Shown piece after piece: positions 34,939 to 44,703 of a DNA stretch of 64,000 bases (position 1 is its first letter; every line of letters starts with the position of its first letter). The stretch spans positions 90,310 to 154,309 of the forward strand of contig CAYYUV010000001.1 in the NCBI GenBank assembly GCA_964474405.1. Reading direction: 5' to 3'. Source of the stretch: an uncultured Oscillospiraceae bacterium. Its GTDB lineage: Bacteria; Bacillota; Clostridia; Christensenellales; CAG-138. The notes beneath the pieces are model-generated. The model saw only the letters and a list, made by a program, of their open reading frames with translations, was not told the origin of the DNA and ran no database searches. The translations under genes were made by a program, and so were the position numbers.

Positions 34939-36732
34939 TCAGCGGCGGACGATGCGATAATAGGTGTGCGCCGTCAACCGGTAAACGATAAGATACAGCA
35001 GGGCAAAGACAGCGCTTGTTCCGCCTATGCAGGCAAGCACCAGCCCGAGATTGTTGAGCGAGAACGCGCGCAGCATCTGATTCATGATACGCGAGGCGAA
35101 CAGCATGTGCAGCAGCGTTGTAAACAGCGGGAGGAAAAACACCCAGAGCACCTGCCGGTTGATGGTATCCTTGACCTGACGCTGATCCATGCCGATCTGC
35201 TGAAGGATGAGGAAGCGCGCCTTGTCCTCATACCCCTCTGTGACCTGCTTGAAGTAGATGATGAGCACCGTGACAGAGAGGAACAGCACGCCGAAGAACA
35301 CGCCCAGGAACAGCAGCCCGCCGTACGCACCGTAGCCTTCCTGCTTGCACTGATAGATGTTGCTTGTGCTGTGATAGATGCCGGTATCTTCGTTCAGCGT
35401 GTTGGACAACTCATACAGGCGGTTGGTGACCGTATCGCAGAATGCGATCCCCGTCTCTACCTCGGCGTCCGTGTCAAAGCGATACTCGTCGGGGTAGCAA
35501 TAGCCCGTTCCGTCCTCCTGCGTGTTGTATTCGCCCCGCGTGATGACGAATGTGCCGTCTGCGATATAGTCGGTTCCCTCCGGGATGAAGTTGTTGTACC
35601 GGATAAGGTTATCCTCGCTGAGGCTTGAGACAATCTTTGAAGGGTCCGCCGTGACTGTTAGGCCGTATTCCTTGGCGGTATCCAGAATGATGCCGCGCAC
35701 CTGCTGATCCGCCGCATCGGCGTCCGGCACCTGACGAATGCTCGCATATACACACACGTCATAGGGATACAATGTACGGGCGGACTGCTCCCTGCCGATA
35801 TACAGCGTCAGCGTGCCCGACACCGTCACAACAAACATGGTGGACAGAATACAGATGGTGGCAAGTGAGCGCGCGTTCTGCTTCATACGGTGAAACATAT
35901 CCGCTATGGCGACGAAGTTTCTGCTCTTGTAGTAGATGCGTTTGTTGGCACGCAAAAGCCGCAGAAACACGACGCTGCCCGAGGTGAACAGCGTGAAGGT
36001 TGCAAAGATCACCAGGATCACCAGCAGGAAGAACACGCCGATTGCCGTGCCGGCACTTGAGATCGTCCATGCATAATAGTAGGCGATGCCAAGTGCGATA
36101 AACCCCAGAATCGCCAGCGGCCACACGAGGACGGAATCCTTTTGACCCTTCTTTTCGGCCTGCATCAGCTGAATGGGGGAGGCCAGGTGCATCCGAACGA
36201 GGTTCAGAAGCGATGTAAAGACAAATACCGCCGCAAAGATGGCCAACATGACGATAAATGCCGGAAGCGTGATCTCAAATATGCTGTTCGGCGTGAAATG
36301 CAGCATCTTCATCAGAATCAGGAACAACAGCTGTCCGAAGATAAGCGCCAGCAGGATCCCCGCCAGCACGCCGATGCTGATGACGATGAGGTTCTCCCAG
36401 ACAAGTATGCGTCCGACATGCCGTTTTTCAAGCCCCAATATGCCGTACAGACCAAACTCGCGCTTTCTGCGGCCGATCAGAAAGTTGTTGATGTACACCA
36501 TAAAGAAAAAGGAAAAGATCGAAAAGACCGCCATGCCGAAGGAGAACATCATCTGCGCGCTGTCGCCCGCCGGCACGTTGGAGAGCTTGTCGGTTGTCAT
36601 CAAAGCCGCGATCAACAGGTTCACCCCGCTGATGACGGCGGTCGCCAGCATGTAGGGCAAATAAGTAATTTTGTTGCGGCGGATGTTTGCCCATGCCATC
36701 CGCAGATAGAAAAATTTACGCAATGTCCGCAC
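34939..36732 (-). CDS. BceB-like ABC transporter permease (FtsX family, 10 TM, large extracellular loop)
   Basis: N-terminal MAWANIRRNKITY, and the size and topology of Bce-type permeases. The GTG start overlaps the end of the ATPase gene; the exact start is uncertain. Confidence 0.9.
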   Translation of the reverse strand: MRTLRKFFYLRMAWANIRRNKITYLPYMLATAVISGVNLLIAALMTTDKLSNVPAGDSAQMMFSFGMAVFSIFSFFFMVYINNFLIGRRKREFGLYGILGLEKRHVGRILVWENLIVISIGVLAGILLALIFGQLLFLILMKMLHFTPNSIFEITLPAFIVMLAIFAAVFVFTSLLNLVRMHLASPIQLMQAEKKGQKDSVLVWPLAILGFIALGIAYYYAWTISSAGTAIGVFFLLVILVIFATFTLFTSGSVVFLRLLRANKRIYYKSRNFVAIADMFHRMKQNARSLATICILSTMFVVTVSGTLTLYIGREQSARTLYPYDVCVYASIRQVPDADAADQQVRGIILDTAKEYGLTVTADPSKIVSSLSEDNLIRYNNFIPEGTDYIADGTFVITRGEYNTQEDGTGYCYPDEYRFDTDAEVETGIAFCDTVTNRLYELSNTLNEDTGIYHSTSNIYQCKQEGYGAYGGLLFLGVFFGVLFLSVTVLIIYFKQVTEGYEDKARFLILQQIGMDQRQVKDTINRQVLWVFFLPLFTTLLHMLFASRIMNQMLRAFSLNNLGLVLACIGGTSAVFALLYLIVYRLTAHTYYRIVRR

Positions 36733-37477
36733 CTCCGACCAGCGTCAGCGTGGATACGATACGGTCGAAGAACTGCCGGTTGTTCTCCTCACCACGATAA
36801 AGCTGAGAAAACAGCGATCCGTCGGAAATGAACAGCACGCGGCTGGCATAGCTGGCGGCCATCGCGCTGTGGGTGACCATCAGGATGGTCTTGCCGTCCT
36901 TGTTCAAACGGTTGAAGTTCTCAAGAAGCTGTACGCTTGATTTGGAATCCAGCGCGCCGGTGGGCTCATCCGCCAACAGCAGCCGCGGGTCGGTAATCAC
37001 TGCGCGCGCCACGGCCGCACGCTGCTTCTCGCCGCCGGACACCTCGTAGGGGAATTTGGACAGAAGCTGATCGATACCGAGCATGTGCGCGACCGGCTCC
37101 AGCCGCCGCTCCATGTCGCGAATCGGCGTCTGAGACAGCACGAGCGGCAAAAGGATGTTGTCCTTGAGCGAAAAGGTGTCCAGCAGGTTAAAATCCTGAA
37201 ACACAAAGCCTAGATGCTCGCGCCGAAACGCCGACAGATCGCGGTCGGGAATGTCGCGAAAGCTGCGGCCGTCCAGAAGTACATCCCCCTCGGTCGGTTT
37301 GTCAAGCGAAGCCAGGATGTTGAGCAGCGTCGTTTTGCCGCTGCCGGACGGGCCCATGATGGCGACAAATTCACCCTCGCCGATCTCGAAGCTGATATTT
37401 TGAAGCGCAACGCACTGGCGCATGCCGCGTTTCATGTTATAGATTTTTTTCAGATTGCTTACAGTCAACAAAGCCAT
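36716..37477 (-). CDS. BceA-like ABC transporter ATP-binding protein
   Basis: Walker A GPSGSGKTT, signature VSGGEKQRAAVARA, Walker B LLLADEPTGALD. GGAGG RBS. Confidence 0.95.
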   Translation of the reverse strand: MALLTVSNLKKIYNMKRGMRQCVALQNISFEIGEGEFVAIMGPSGSGKTTLLNILASLDKPTEGDVLLDGRSFRDIPDRDLSAFRREHLGFVFQDFNLLDTFSLKDNILLPLVLSQTPIRDMERRLEPVAHMLGIDQLLSKFPYEVSGGEKQRAAVARAVITDPRLLLADEPTGALDSKSSVQLLENFNRLNKDGKTILMVTHSAMAASYASRVLFISDGSLFSQLYRGEENNRQFFDRIVSTLTLVGGADIA

Positions 37478-37575
37478 TCTTGCATCCTCCGGTGTTTTTC
37501 TTGCAGTATAGCAAAACAAGGCCGGACAAAGCCATAGGAACGTCTTACATTTGCTGTCGCAACCTTACCGAATTG

Positions 37576-38568
37576 TCAGGAACTAAAAATTTGTGTGTCC
37601 GTTTCAGGAAACGCCAGCTCGACCAAAGTGCCGCGGCCAAGCGTGCTCTCCACCCGAATGCGGATCGAAAGCGCCTGCGCCGTCTGGCGGCAGAGGTACA
37701 GACCAAGCCCCGTGGCGCGGTTGTCGATGCGGCCGTTGTAGCCCGTAAACCCACGGTCAAAGATGCGCGGCAAATCCTCGGAGCGGATGCCGATGCCGGT
37801 GTCGCGGATCTGAAGCGTGTTGCCCGCGCGGGTGATGGTTACGCCGCCCGCGTTGGTGTATTTGATGGCGTTCGACAGTATTTGCTCGATCAGAAACAGC
37901 AGCCACTTTTTGTCGCTGATGACTGGCTTGCCCAGATCGCCGATGGTGACGGAAAGCTTTCTATATATAAATAGGATGGAAAACTTCTTGACCGCGGCGC
38001 TTGCCGTTTCCTTCAGGTCACAGGGCTCGATGACAAGATCGGCGGCGATATCACTGAGCCGGGCAAAGCGCATGGCCATGTCGGTATATTGCTCGATCTT
38101 GACCAGCTCCTGCCGCAGCAGGATGGCGCGCGGGTCCTCCATGTCCTGCGTGACCAGTGACATTGCCGAGATGGGGGTCTTGATCTGATGCGCCCACAGC
38201 GTGTAATAGGCCTGACTGTCCGCTTGCAGCTGACGCAGCGCACATTCGGCGTGCCGCAGCTCGTCCGCGAGCGTTTGTATGCGGCAGAGCAGCTCCCGCT
38301 CACCGTCGTTCTCTGCGCGTGGCAGCAGCTCCTCCGTAATCACAAGCTGTTTGTTGAGCTCCTGAAGATCCAACAGCCGGTTGTGATAGCGGCGTTCGTC
38401 AAACAGACAGAGAGAAAACACAAGAAAGGTCAGCACGAGCACCGTATAAAGATAATAGGTCATGGTTGGTCCGGACAGCCAACCAATGAGCAAAATCAAC
38501 CCCGCGGCCGTCAAATAGATCAGCAACGCAAAGCAGCGGTATCTGAAATAGGCCCACAACCTACGCAT
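37576..38568 (-). CDS. BceS-like sensor histidine kinase (2 TM, no extracellular sensor domain)
   Basis: H-box WAHQIKTPISA and ATPase N/G boxes (NAIKYT, DTGIGI, TGLGLYL). The start overlaps the regulator stop. Confidence 0.92.
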   Translation of the reverse strand: MRRLWAYFRYRCFALLIYLTAAGLILLIGWLSGPTMTYYLYTVLVLTFLVFSLCLFDERRYHNRLLDLQELNKQLVITEELLPRAENDGERELLCRIQTLADELRHAECALRQLQADSQAYYTLWAHQIKTPISAMSLVTQDMEDPRAILLRQELVKIEQYTDMAMRFARLSDIAADLVIEPCDLKETASAAVKKFSILFIYRKLSVTIGDLGKPVISDKKWLLFLIEQILSNAIKYTNAGGVTITRAGNTLQIRDTGIGIRSEDLPRIFDRGFTGYNGRIDNRATGLGLYLCRQTAQALSIRIRVESTLGRGTLVELAFPETDTQIFSS

Positions 38569-39229
38569 GGAGAGAATACCCCTGTCCCTTATGCGTCTTG
38601 ATTGCATCGGGGATGCCCGCGTCCGCAAGCGTCCGGCGAAGCCTTGTGATGTTGACCGTCAGCGTGTTGTCGTCCACAAACGCACAGCTGTCCCACAGCC
38701 CCATCATCAGCTCCTCCCTTGTGACGATCTTGCCGCGCTTATCGACAAGCAACTGCAAAATGCGCGCTTCGTTGCGCGTCAGATCTACATGGACGCCGTT
38801 CCGTGTGAGCGAACAGCCCGTGGGATCAAAAGCCAACGGGCCGACAGCCGCCGCCGCCGGCTCATAGTGATACACCCGCCGCAGCCAAGCCTGCACCTTT
38901 GCAATCAACACCTCCATGGAAACGGGCTTCTGTATATAGTCGTCGCCGCCCATGTTGATGGCCATGACGATATCCATATTGGCGTTCATGGAGGAAAGAA
39001 ATACGACAGGTGTGCTGCCGCGGCGGCGGATTTTTTCGCACCAGTAATAACCGTTGAAAAACGGCAGGGAGACATCCATCAGGACAAGATGCGGCGTGTA
39101 GGAGACATAGCTTGCCTCCACATCGGCAAGATCCGGCGCGATCAGCACATCCAGTCCCCATTTGACAAGCCCGTCTCGGATCTTTTCTGCTATGATCCGA
39201 TCGTCCTCCACAATGAGGATGCGGTACAT
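38561..39229 (-). CDS. OmpR-family response regulator (BceR-like)
   Basis: MYRILIVEDD...LVLMDVSLP receiver domain plus a winged-helix C-terminus. Confidence 0.95.
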   Translation of the reverse strand: MYRILIVEDDRIIAEKIRDGLVKWGLDVLIAPDLADVEASYVSYTPHLVLMDVSLPFFNGYYWCEKIRRRGSTPVVFLSSMNANMDIVMAINMGGDDYIQKPVSMEVLIAKVQAWLRRVYHYEPAAAAVGPLAFDPTGCSLTRNGVHVDLTRNEARILQLLVDKRGKIVTREELMMGLWDSCAFVDDNTLTVNITRLRRTLADAGIPDAIKTHKGQGYSLHA

Positions 39230-39333
39230 GGCGATCTCCTCTCAGATGGTTTGATACCTGTATTATAACAAAATTCCGCCGTCCGTGCAAAAAAACCTTG
39301 CCGTGCGGATGGGTTTGTACTATACTTCCGAGC

Positions 39334-40779
39334 GTGAGTCATCAAAATTCGTTCAAGTCCAGATGGTTTGGCGACCGTGCGTTTTATCGTTCGGTGATTG
39401 CGCTTGTGATTCCGCTGCTGATTCAGCAGGGGATCACCAGCTTTGTCAACCTGTTGGACAACGTGATGGTGGGCGGGCTCGGAACCACCGCCATCTCCGG
39501 CGTCGCCATTGTCAATCAGCTCATTTTTGTGTTTAACCTTACCATCTTTGGCGGGATGAGCGGCGCGTCCATCTACGGCGCCCAGTTTGCCGGCAATCAT
39601 GACAACGACGGCGTGCGTAATACGTTCCGCTTCAAGCTGCTGCTGGGGACGGGCGTGCTGGCGGTCGGGTTGATCGTGTTTTTGTGCTTTGGGCGGGAAC
39701 TGATCCTGCTGTACCTGAACGGTCAGGGCGGCGAGGAAGCGGCGCTGAATCAGACGCTGGCCGAGGCGCAGCGATATCTGTCGATCGCGGTTTGGGGGCT
39801 GCTGCCGTTCATGGTGTCACAGGCGCTCTCCAGCACGCTGAGGGAGACCGGCGAGACCCTTGCACCCATGCTGACCAGCGTGCTGTCCTTCTTGGTCAAT
39901 CTGGTGCTCAATTATGCGCTGATTTACGGAAAGCTCGGCTGTCCAAAGCTGGGCGTTGCGGGTGCGGCGTATGCGACCGTCATCGCGCGCTATGCCGAGA
40001 CGCTGGTCATCATCCTGTACACGGTCATCCGCCGGAAGAAATTTCCGTTCATCTGCGGCGCGCTGCGCCGGCTGCGGATCCCTGCCGCGCTTGCCAAGAA
40101 GATCTGCATCACGGGCGCGCCGCTTCTGTTCAATGAGCTGCTCTGGTCGATTGCGACCGCGAGCATCAATCAGTGCTATTCGGTTCGCGGTCTCGGGGCG
40201 GTCGCCGCGGTCAACATCGTATCCACCGCGTGGAACGTCTTTGCCATCGTCATGTTCTCGATGGGCAGCGTGATATCCATTCTGGTCGGGCAAAGGCTCG
40301 GCGCGGGCGATATCGAAGGCGCGCGCGCGGATGACCGCCGGCTTGTCATGCTGGATTTTCTGCTGCATATCGGGATCGGCATTCTGGTCATCGCCCTGTC
40401 GCGCGTAATCCCGCAGATCTATAACACCGAACAAGCCGTGCGTGACACCGCCTCCCGCATGCTGGTGGTCGCGGGGCTCGCGCTGCCGCTGCACGCGGTG
40501 GCGCACGCGGCGTATTTTTCCATCCGCTCCGGCGGCCGCACGATGATCACTTTTTTGCTTGACAGCGTATACACCTGGCTGGTTCCGCTGCCGCTTGCGT
40601 TTGTTTTGAGCCGGTTCACCTCGATCGACGTCGTTGCCATCTATGCCGTGATTCAGTTTTCGGATGCGGTTAAGATTGCCGTTGGCCTGCCGATGCTGCT
40701 GTCCGGGCGTTGGGCGCGCAACATCATCTCTGTCGATCCCGCTCCGCCTCAGATCATTGACGCGCAGCAGGAGATCTGA
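39334..40779 (+). CDS. MATE family efflux transporter
   Basis: ALVIPLLIQQGITSFVNLLDNVMVGGLG is the typical MATE N-terminus; 12 TM. The start is ambiguous (GTG 39334 or TTG 39298). Confidence 0.88.
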   Translation: MSHQNSFKSRWFGDRAFYRSVIALVIPLLIQQGITSFVNLLDNVMVGGLGTTAISGVAIVNQLIFVFNLTIFGGMSGASIYGAQFAGNHDNDGVRNTFRFKLLLGTGVLAVGLIVFLCFGRELILLYLNGQGGEEAALNQTLAEAQRYLSIAVWGLLPFMVSQALSSTLRETGETLAPMLTSVLSFLVNLVLNYALIYGKLGCPKLGVAGAAYATVIARYAETLVIILYTVIRRKKFPFICGALRRLRIPAALAKKICITGAPLLFNELLWSIATASINQCYSVRGLGAVAAVNIVSTAWNVFAIVMFSMGSVISILVGQRLGAGDIEGARADDRRLVMLDFLLHIGIGILVIALSRVIPQIYNTEQAVRDTASRMLVVAGLALPLHAVAHAAYFSIRSGGRTMITFLLDSVYTWLVPLPLAFVLSRFTSIDVVAIYAVIQFSDAVKIAVGLPMLLSGRWARNIISVDPAPPQIIDAQQEI

Positions 40780-40795
40780 TCCCCCCTGACAAAGG

Positions 40796-40829
40796 AAAAA
40801 AACGTCCCGGCCAAACGGCCGGGATTTTT
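40796..40829. terminator. Bidirectional terminator between the MATE and DUF1667 genes
   Basis: A7-CG-TCCCGGCC-AAAC-GGCCGGGA-T5. Confidence 0.8.
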
Positions 40830-40865
40830 GTATGGGTGATGCTTATCGCTTTTTCGGCATGCGGC

Positions 40866-41222
40866 CTATACCATGTCCACGGTGGCGATCAGGTCGCACC
40901 CGGCGCCGGCCGCATTTGCAAGGATGACGTCGCCCATACGCTTTCGCTCGGTGACAGTCACGCCGCGCGCGGCGCGCATTACGGCGGGGATGTCGGCCTT
41001 TCTGATCTCGCCGCAGGTGCGAACCGGCAGCCATGGCAGCTCGGGGAACACGGTTTTCACCGTGGTGGTCAGCGAACGCATCGGACAGGTCATTTCCTGC
41101 TCGGCAAAGGCCGCGCCCCGGTTGCAGCCGTTTCCGCTCACGGCGATGCTGCCGTCGTCCCGCACGCGCGCCGTCAGGCGGCATCCGTTCGGGCATTGAA
41201 TGCAAACAAATGCCTTCTCCAT
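40866..41222 (-). CDS. DUF1667 domain protein (third subunit of the anaerobic GlpA-like oxidoreductase cluster)
   Basis: MEKAFVCIQCPNGCRL...SGNGCNRG Cys motifs. GGAGG RBS. Confidence 0.9.
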   Translation of the reverse strand: MEKAFVCIQCPNGCRLTARVRDDGSIAVSGNGCNRGAAFAEQEMTCPMRSLTTTVKTVFPELPWLPVRTCGEIRKADIPAVMRAARGVTVTERKRMGDVILANAAGAGCDLIATVDMV

Positions 41223-41224
41223 AC

Positions 41225-42481
41225 TCAGTCCTCCGTCAGTGTCAGCGTGAGCCGGCTGTCCGGGCAAAGCGCATCGCGGCAGAGCCGCACCGTCATCCGT
41301 TCCATCTCGGGCGGCCGCAGCGCGCGGTACGGACGTTTCTGGATCTCCCGCCCGTCAAGCATCAGATGCACCGTCGAAGGCCCGTGCTCGTCCGTCACGC
41401 GGAAATACAGCGCAAAGCTGTCCTCCACATTATCGATGTCGATACGCTGCGGCACGGCATACAGAAACGGCGTATCCGCAGAAAGCGCAATCAGCCTGCG
41501 CGGCGCGTGTCCCTTTACATATGCGGCGGCGGCGCGCCCGGCGTCCTCGCCGTTCTCTGAAACCCGGTCAACCAGATCGCTCACCTGCAGCGCGTTGCCG
41601 CAGCAGAACACGCCGTCTGTCAGCGTTTGATCGTTCTGGTCGCAGATCGGGCCGTGCGTTCTTGCATCCAGCGGGACGCCGAGCGATTCCGCCAGCTCGT
41701 TCTCCGGGATCAGCCCGACGGATACAATCAGCGTGTCGCAGGCAATCCGTTCCTCCGTCCCGGGGATACGGTTCATCTGCGCGTCCACCTTGGCCGTCTC
41801 CACACCCGTTACCCGTGCGTCGCCAAACACGCGCGTCACCGTTGTGGACAGATGAAGCGGGATGGCGTAATCGGCAAGACATTGGGAAATATTGCGCGCA
41901 AGGCCACCCGGCGTGGGCTTTGCTTCGTATACGCCGAGAACCGTCGCCCCCTCCAACGTCAGGCGTCTTGCCATGATAAGTCCGATGTCGCCCGAACCCA
42001 GGATCACAATGCGTTTCCCGGGCAGCTGACCCAAAATATTGACCGCGTACTGCGCGCTGCCCGCTGTCAGAACCCCGGCCGGACGCGTGCCGTGCACCTG
42101 CACCTGCTTGGCTGTGCGCTCGCGGCAGCCCGTTGCCAGCACCAGCGCGCGCGCCATGACCTCGCGCATGCCCGAAGGCGATGACAGCGTCAAATGAAAG
42201 CCGGCCTCACGTTTTTCGATCGAGGTGCAAAAGGCGGAAAGCGCGGTTCTCACGCCGCTGTCCTTGAGCTTCCGCAAAAACACGGTCATGTATTCACAGC
42301 CGGACAGCTTCTTGCCAAAACGTTCCACGCCAAAGCCATCGTGGATGCATTGCTTGAGCACGCCGCCGCAGCGTTCTTCGCGCTCGATCAGCAGCACGGA
42401 TGCGCCCGCGCCGTCCGCGGCAAGCGCCGCCGCCAGCCCGGCAGGGCCAGCGCCCAGGATTGCGACGTCAACACGTTCCAT
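41225..42481 (-). CDS. NAD(P)/FAD-dependent pyridine nucleotide-disulfide oxidoreductase
   Basis: Dinucleotide folds VAILGAGPAGLAAA and IVILGSGDIGLIMA. AAGGAG RBS. Confidence 0.9.
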   Translation of the reverse strand: MERVDVAILGAGPAGLAAALAADGAGASVLLIEREERCGGVLKQCIHDGFGVERFGKKLSGCEYMTVFLRKLKDSGVRTALSAFCTSIEKREAGFHLTLSSPSGMREVMARALVLATGCRERTAKQVQVHGTRPAGVLTAGSAQYAVNILGQLPGKRIVILGSGDIGLIMARRLTLEGATVLGVYEAKPTPGGLARNISQCLADYAIPLHLSTTVTRVFGDARVTGVETAKVDAQMNRIPGTEERIACDTLIVSVGLIPENELAESLGVPLDARTHGPICDQNDQTLTDGVFCCGNALQVSDLVDRVSENGEDAGRAAAAYVKGHAPRRLIALSADTPFLYAVPQRIDIDNVEDSFALYFRVTDEHGPSTVHLMLDGREIQKRPYRALRPPEMERMTVRLCRDALCPDSRLTLTLTED

Positions 42482-44180
42482 CGTCGTCCGCTCCTTTCGT
42501 TCCCGCAAGGATTTCGCTCCCCGGCGGTCCCTTGCGCACCTGCTCCAGCGGAATTCCAAGCTCCGCGGACAGGATGCGCGCCACAGGCATGCCGCAGAAA
42601 CCGCCCTGACAGCGCCCCATGCCGGGTCGCACCCGGCGCTTGACGCCGTCAACCGTGTCGCATGGCACCGGGCGGTGCAGCGCGTCCAGGATTTCGCCGC
42701 GACTGACCTGCTCACAGCGGCAGATCACCTGCCCGTACGCGGGCTCCTCCCTAACAAGCGCCGCGCGCGCGTCGGGCGAAAGCCTGCTGACATTTACGAT
42801 CGGCGGCCGGTACGGATCAAAATCTTTATTTGGCATAAGCCCCGGCAACTGTTTTTTGACAAGCCTTGCCACGCGCCGCGCGATCGCGGGGGCTGCCGTA
42901 AGGCCGGGCGACTGGATGCCGGCCGCATGGATCATGTTTTTGACCTGCCTGCCGCGCTCTACAATAAAATCCTCCTCATAGGTGGCGGCGCGCACCCCGG
43001 TAAAATAGGTTATGCTGTCGGCCGTCCGCAGCCAGGGCGCGACCTGCCCGTGCCGGGCAAACGAGGTCGCAAGGCTGTCCCAAGCGGTAGAAAAATCCTC
43101 CTTGTTGGGAGTTTCATGCGCATCGGGGCCGATCAGCACATTGCCCTCCACCGTGCCCACCACGCCGCCGCCCTTGGTATGCTCTGCGCGCGATTGCGTG
43201 CCCATGAGCGAATAATTCGTGCGCACATGAACGCGCGTTTTCTTGTCCAGAATCGCGTTGGTGCCGCGCCGCGGATGAATGGAGAAAAACCGATCGCCCG
43301 CCATCGCGGCGACCTCCTCCGAGAATACGCCCGCCGCATTGACCACAAACCGCGGATATACCGTGCCGCGATTGGTTGTGACGCTGATAATCCTGCCGTT
43401 CTCAACCTGCATGCCGGTTACCTGCGTGTTCAGCGACAGCTTCGCGCCGTTGCTGACCGCGTTCTCGGCCAGAGCGATCGTCAGCGTGTATGGACAGACC
43501 ACCCCCGTGCGGGCAAAGCGCAGCGCACAGGTTATGTCATCTGCCACGGAGGGCTCTGCGCGTCTGAGCTGTTTTCTTGTATACGGCGTGGCACGGCCAA
43601 CGCCCGTCAGATACCAGTAGGGGATGGACAGATACATCGCCGCAAGATACCAGCGGCTGTGAAAGCACAGAAACTGTCCCGGTCGGGAAAACGGCACGCC
43701 AAGCTCCGCGCACAACCGGGGATACAGCCGGTTGCCGCGGGCGTTGAGTCTCTTTTTGAGCATGAACGGCGGGATGTCAATCCCCGGATGCACCATGCCG
43801 TCGTTGTGGGAGGAGGCGTGCAGCCCCACGTCATATTCCTTGTCCGTCAAAAGGACGTTGAGCCGCAGACGCGTCAGTTCGCGCGCAATCGCGCACCCGA
43901 CCACGCCTGCGCCGATGATCAGTACATCACACCGGGTGCCTTCGAGCGCCTGATCCAGCGCGGGCAGGGGCGGCCTCTCCGTGGCGGCAAGCGCGCGCAC
44001 ACGGATGTCATTTACCACATGCGTGCGGCTGCCGCGGCGTGCAACGCTTTGTCCAGCCTCAACCAGCTCGTCCCAGCTTTCGACCTCTCCGGTAAGGTAC
44101 CGGCAGCCGTTTTTTCGGATCAGCCGGATCCGTCCGCCGTATCGCTTACTTAGCATTCTTTGCCCGCGTCCGATTTGCAT
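42468..44180 (-). CDS. FAD-dependent oxidoreductase, GlpA/GlpD-like (glycerol-3-phosphate dehydrogenase family) with C-terminal BFD-like [2Fe-2S] domain
   Basis: DVLIIGAGVVGCAIAREL FAD fold. C-terminal ICRCEQVSRGEI...GMGRCQGGFC. ATG 44180 follows GGGGAGG. Confidence 0.9.
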   Translation of the reverse strand: MQIGRGQRMLSKRYGGRIRLIRKNGCRYLTGEVESWDELVEAGQSVARRGSRTHVVNDIRVRALAATERPPLPALDQALEGTRCDVLIIGAGVVGCAIARELTRLRLNVLLTDKEYDVGLHASSHNDGMVHPGIDIPPFMLKKRLNARGNRLYPRLCAELGVPFSRPGQFLCFHSRWYLAAMYLSIPYWYLTGVGRATPYTRKQLRRAEPSVADDITCALRFARTGVVCPYTLTIALAENAVSNGAKLSLNTQVTGMQVENGRIISVTTNRGTVYPRFVVNAAGVFSEEVAAMAGDRFFSIHPRRGTNAILDKKTRVHVRTNYSLMGTQSRAEHTKGGGVVGTVEGNVLIGPDAHETPNKEDFSTAWDSLATSFARHGQVAPWLRTADSITYFTGVRAATYEEDFIVERGRQVKNMIHAAGIQSPGLTAAPAIARRVARLVKKQLPGLMPNKDFDPYRPPIVNVSRLSPDARAALVREEPAYGQVICRCEQVSRGEILDALHRPVPCDTVDGVKRRVRPGMGRCQGGFCGMPVARILSAELGIPLEQVRKGPPGSEILAGTKGADDDGTC

Positions 44181-44347
44181 GGCGCCCGCCTCCCCAAGAA
44201 CCGTTGCCGGACCCGAGCCGGCTTTGTTTTCAGTATAATGCGGATTCTGCCGCTTGACAAGCAAAAGCACGGCCGGCAGGCCGCGCTTTTGCGGGGGATG
44301 GGGGATTGGTGGGCACATCAAAACGGATGAACCGTTTCGCGCCCCGG

Positions 44348-44371
44348 ACAAAATCATTATTAGGATTTTGT
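44348..44371. promoter_or_regulatory. Palindromic operator candidate: ACAAAATC-N8-GATTTTGT
   Basis: Perfect 8-bp arms at 44348-44355 and 44364-44371, with an AT-rich centre. It lies immediately downstream of the minus-strand -10 box. Confidence 0.5.
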
Positions 44372-44378
44372 CTTAATA

Positions 44379-44407
44379 ATTATAGCACAGTTCGACAAAA
44401 AACGCAA
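44379..44407 (-). promoter_or_regulatory. Minus-strand sigma-70-like promoter (distal promoter of the glpA-like operon)
   Basis: Minus strand: TTGCGT (44407-44402), 17-nt spacer, TGC-TATAAT (44387-44379). Confidence 0.5.
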
Positions 44408-44486
44408 GCGTACAATCCCGAACACGAGGCGGCATATTCACAGGCTGCGGGGTAAATAAAGGGACATACGATTTTCGTCGAACGCA

Positions 44487-44515
44487 TTGACAAGCGGCCG
44501 CACATATGATATCTT
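44487..44515 (+). promoter_or_regulatory. Sigma-70-like promoter of the P-type ATPase leader
   Basis: TTGACA (44487-44492), 17-nt spacer ending in TGA (extended -10), TATCTT (44510-44515). Confidence 0.6.
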
Positions 44516-44658
44516 AACGCCATTCTCTTTGCGCTGCATTCCGCCCGCTGGCGCGGACGTGAGATCAACAGTACAAACTGAGCAGGCGATGGCTTTCGTT
44601 TTTCGGGGGCCGTGGGGCCGGGCCGCAGGGCATGCGGCAGCAGAAGGTTAGCGTATAA

Positions 44659-44703
44659 CCTCTGTGGGACAGTTGCGACTATCCCGCGGAGGTATTTTTA
44701 TTT
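44659..44703 (+). terminator. Intrinsic terminator inside the 5' leader of the P-type ATPase gene (attenuator)
   Basis: 11-bp stem CCUCUGUGGGA (44659-44669) / UCCCGCGGAGG (44682-44692) with 2 G-U pairs and a 12-nt loop, followed by UAUUUUUAUUU. It ends 84 nt before the ATG. Confidence 0.7.

Noticed and set aside
42225-44153. 642-aa ORF on the plus strand (the same applies to 9071..10795 and 21436..23046)
   Set aside because: These are antisense to the GlpA-like oxidoreductase, pckA and the lipoprotein gene respectively. They have no motifs and an Arg/Gly/His-rich composition.
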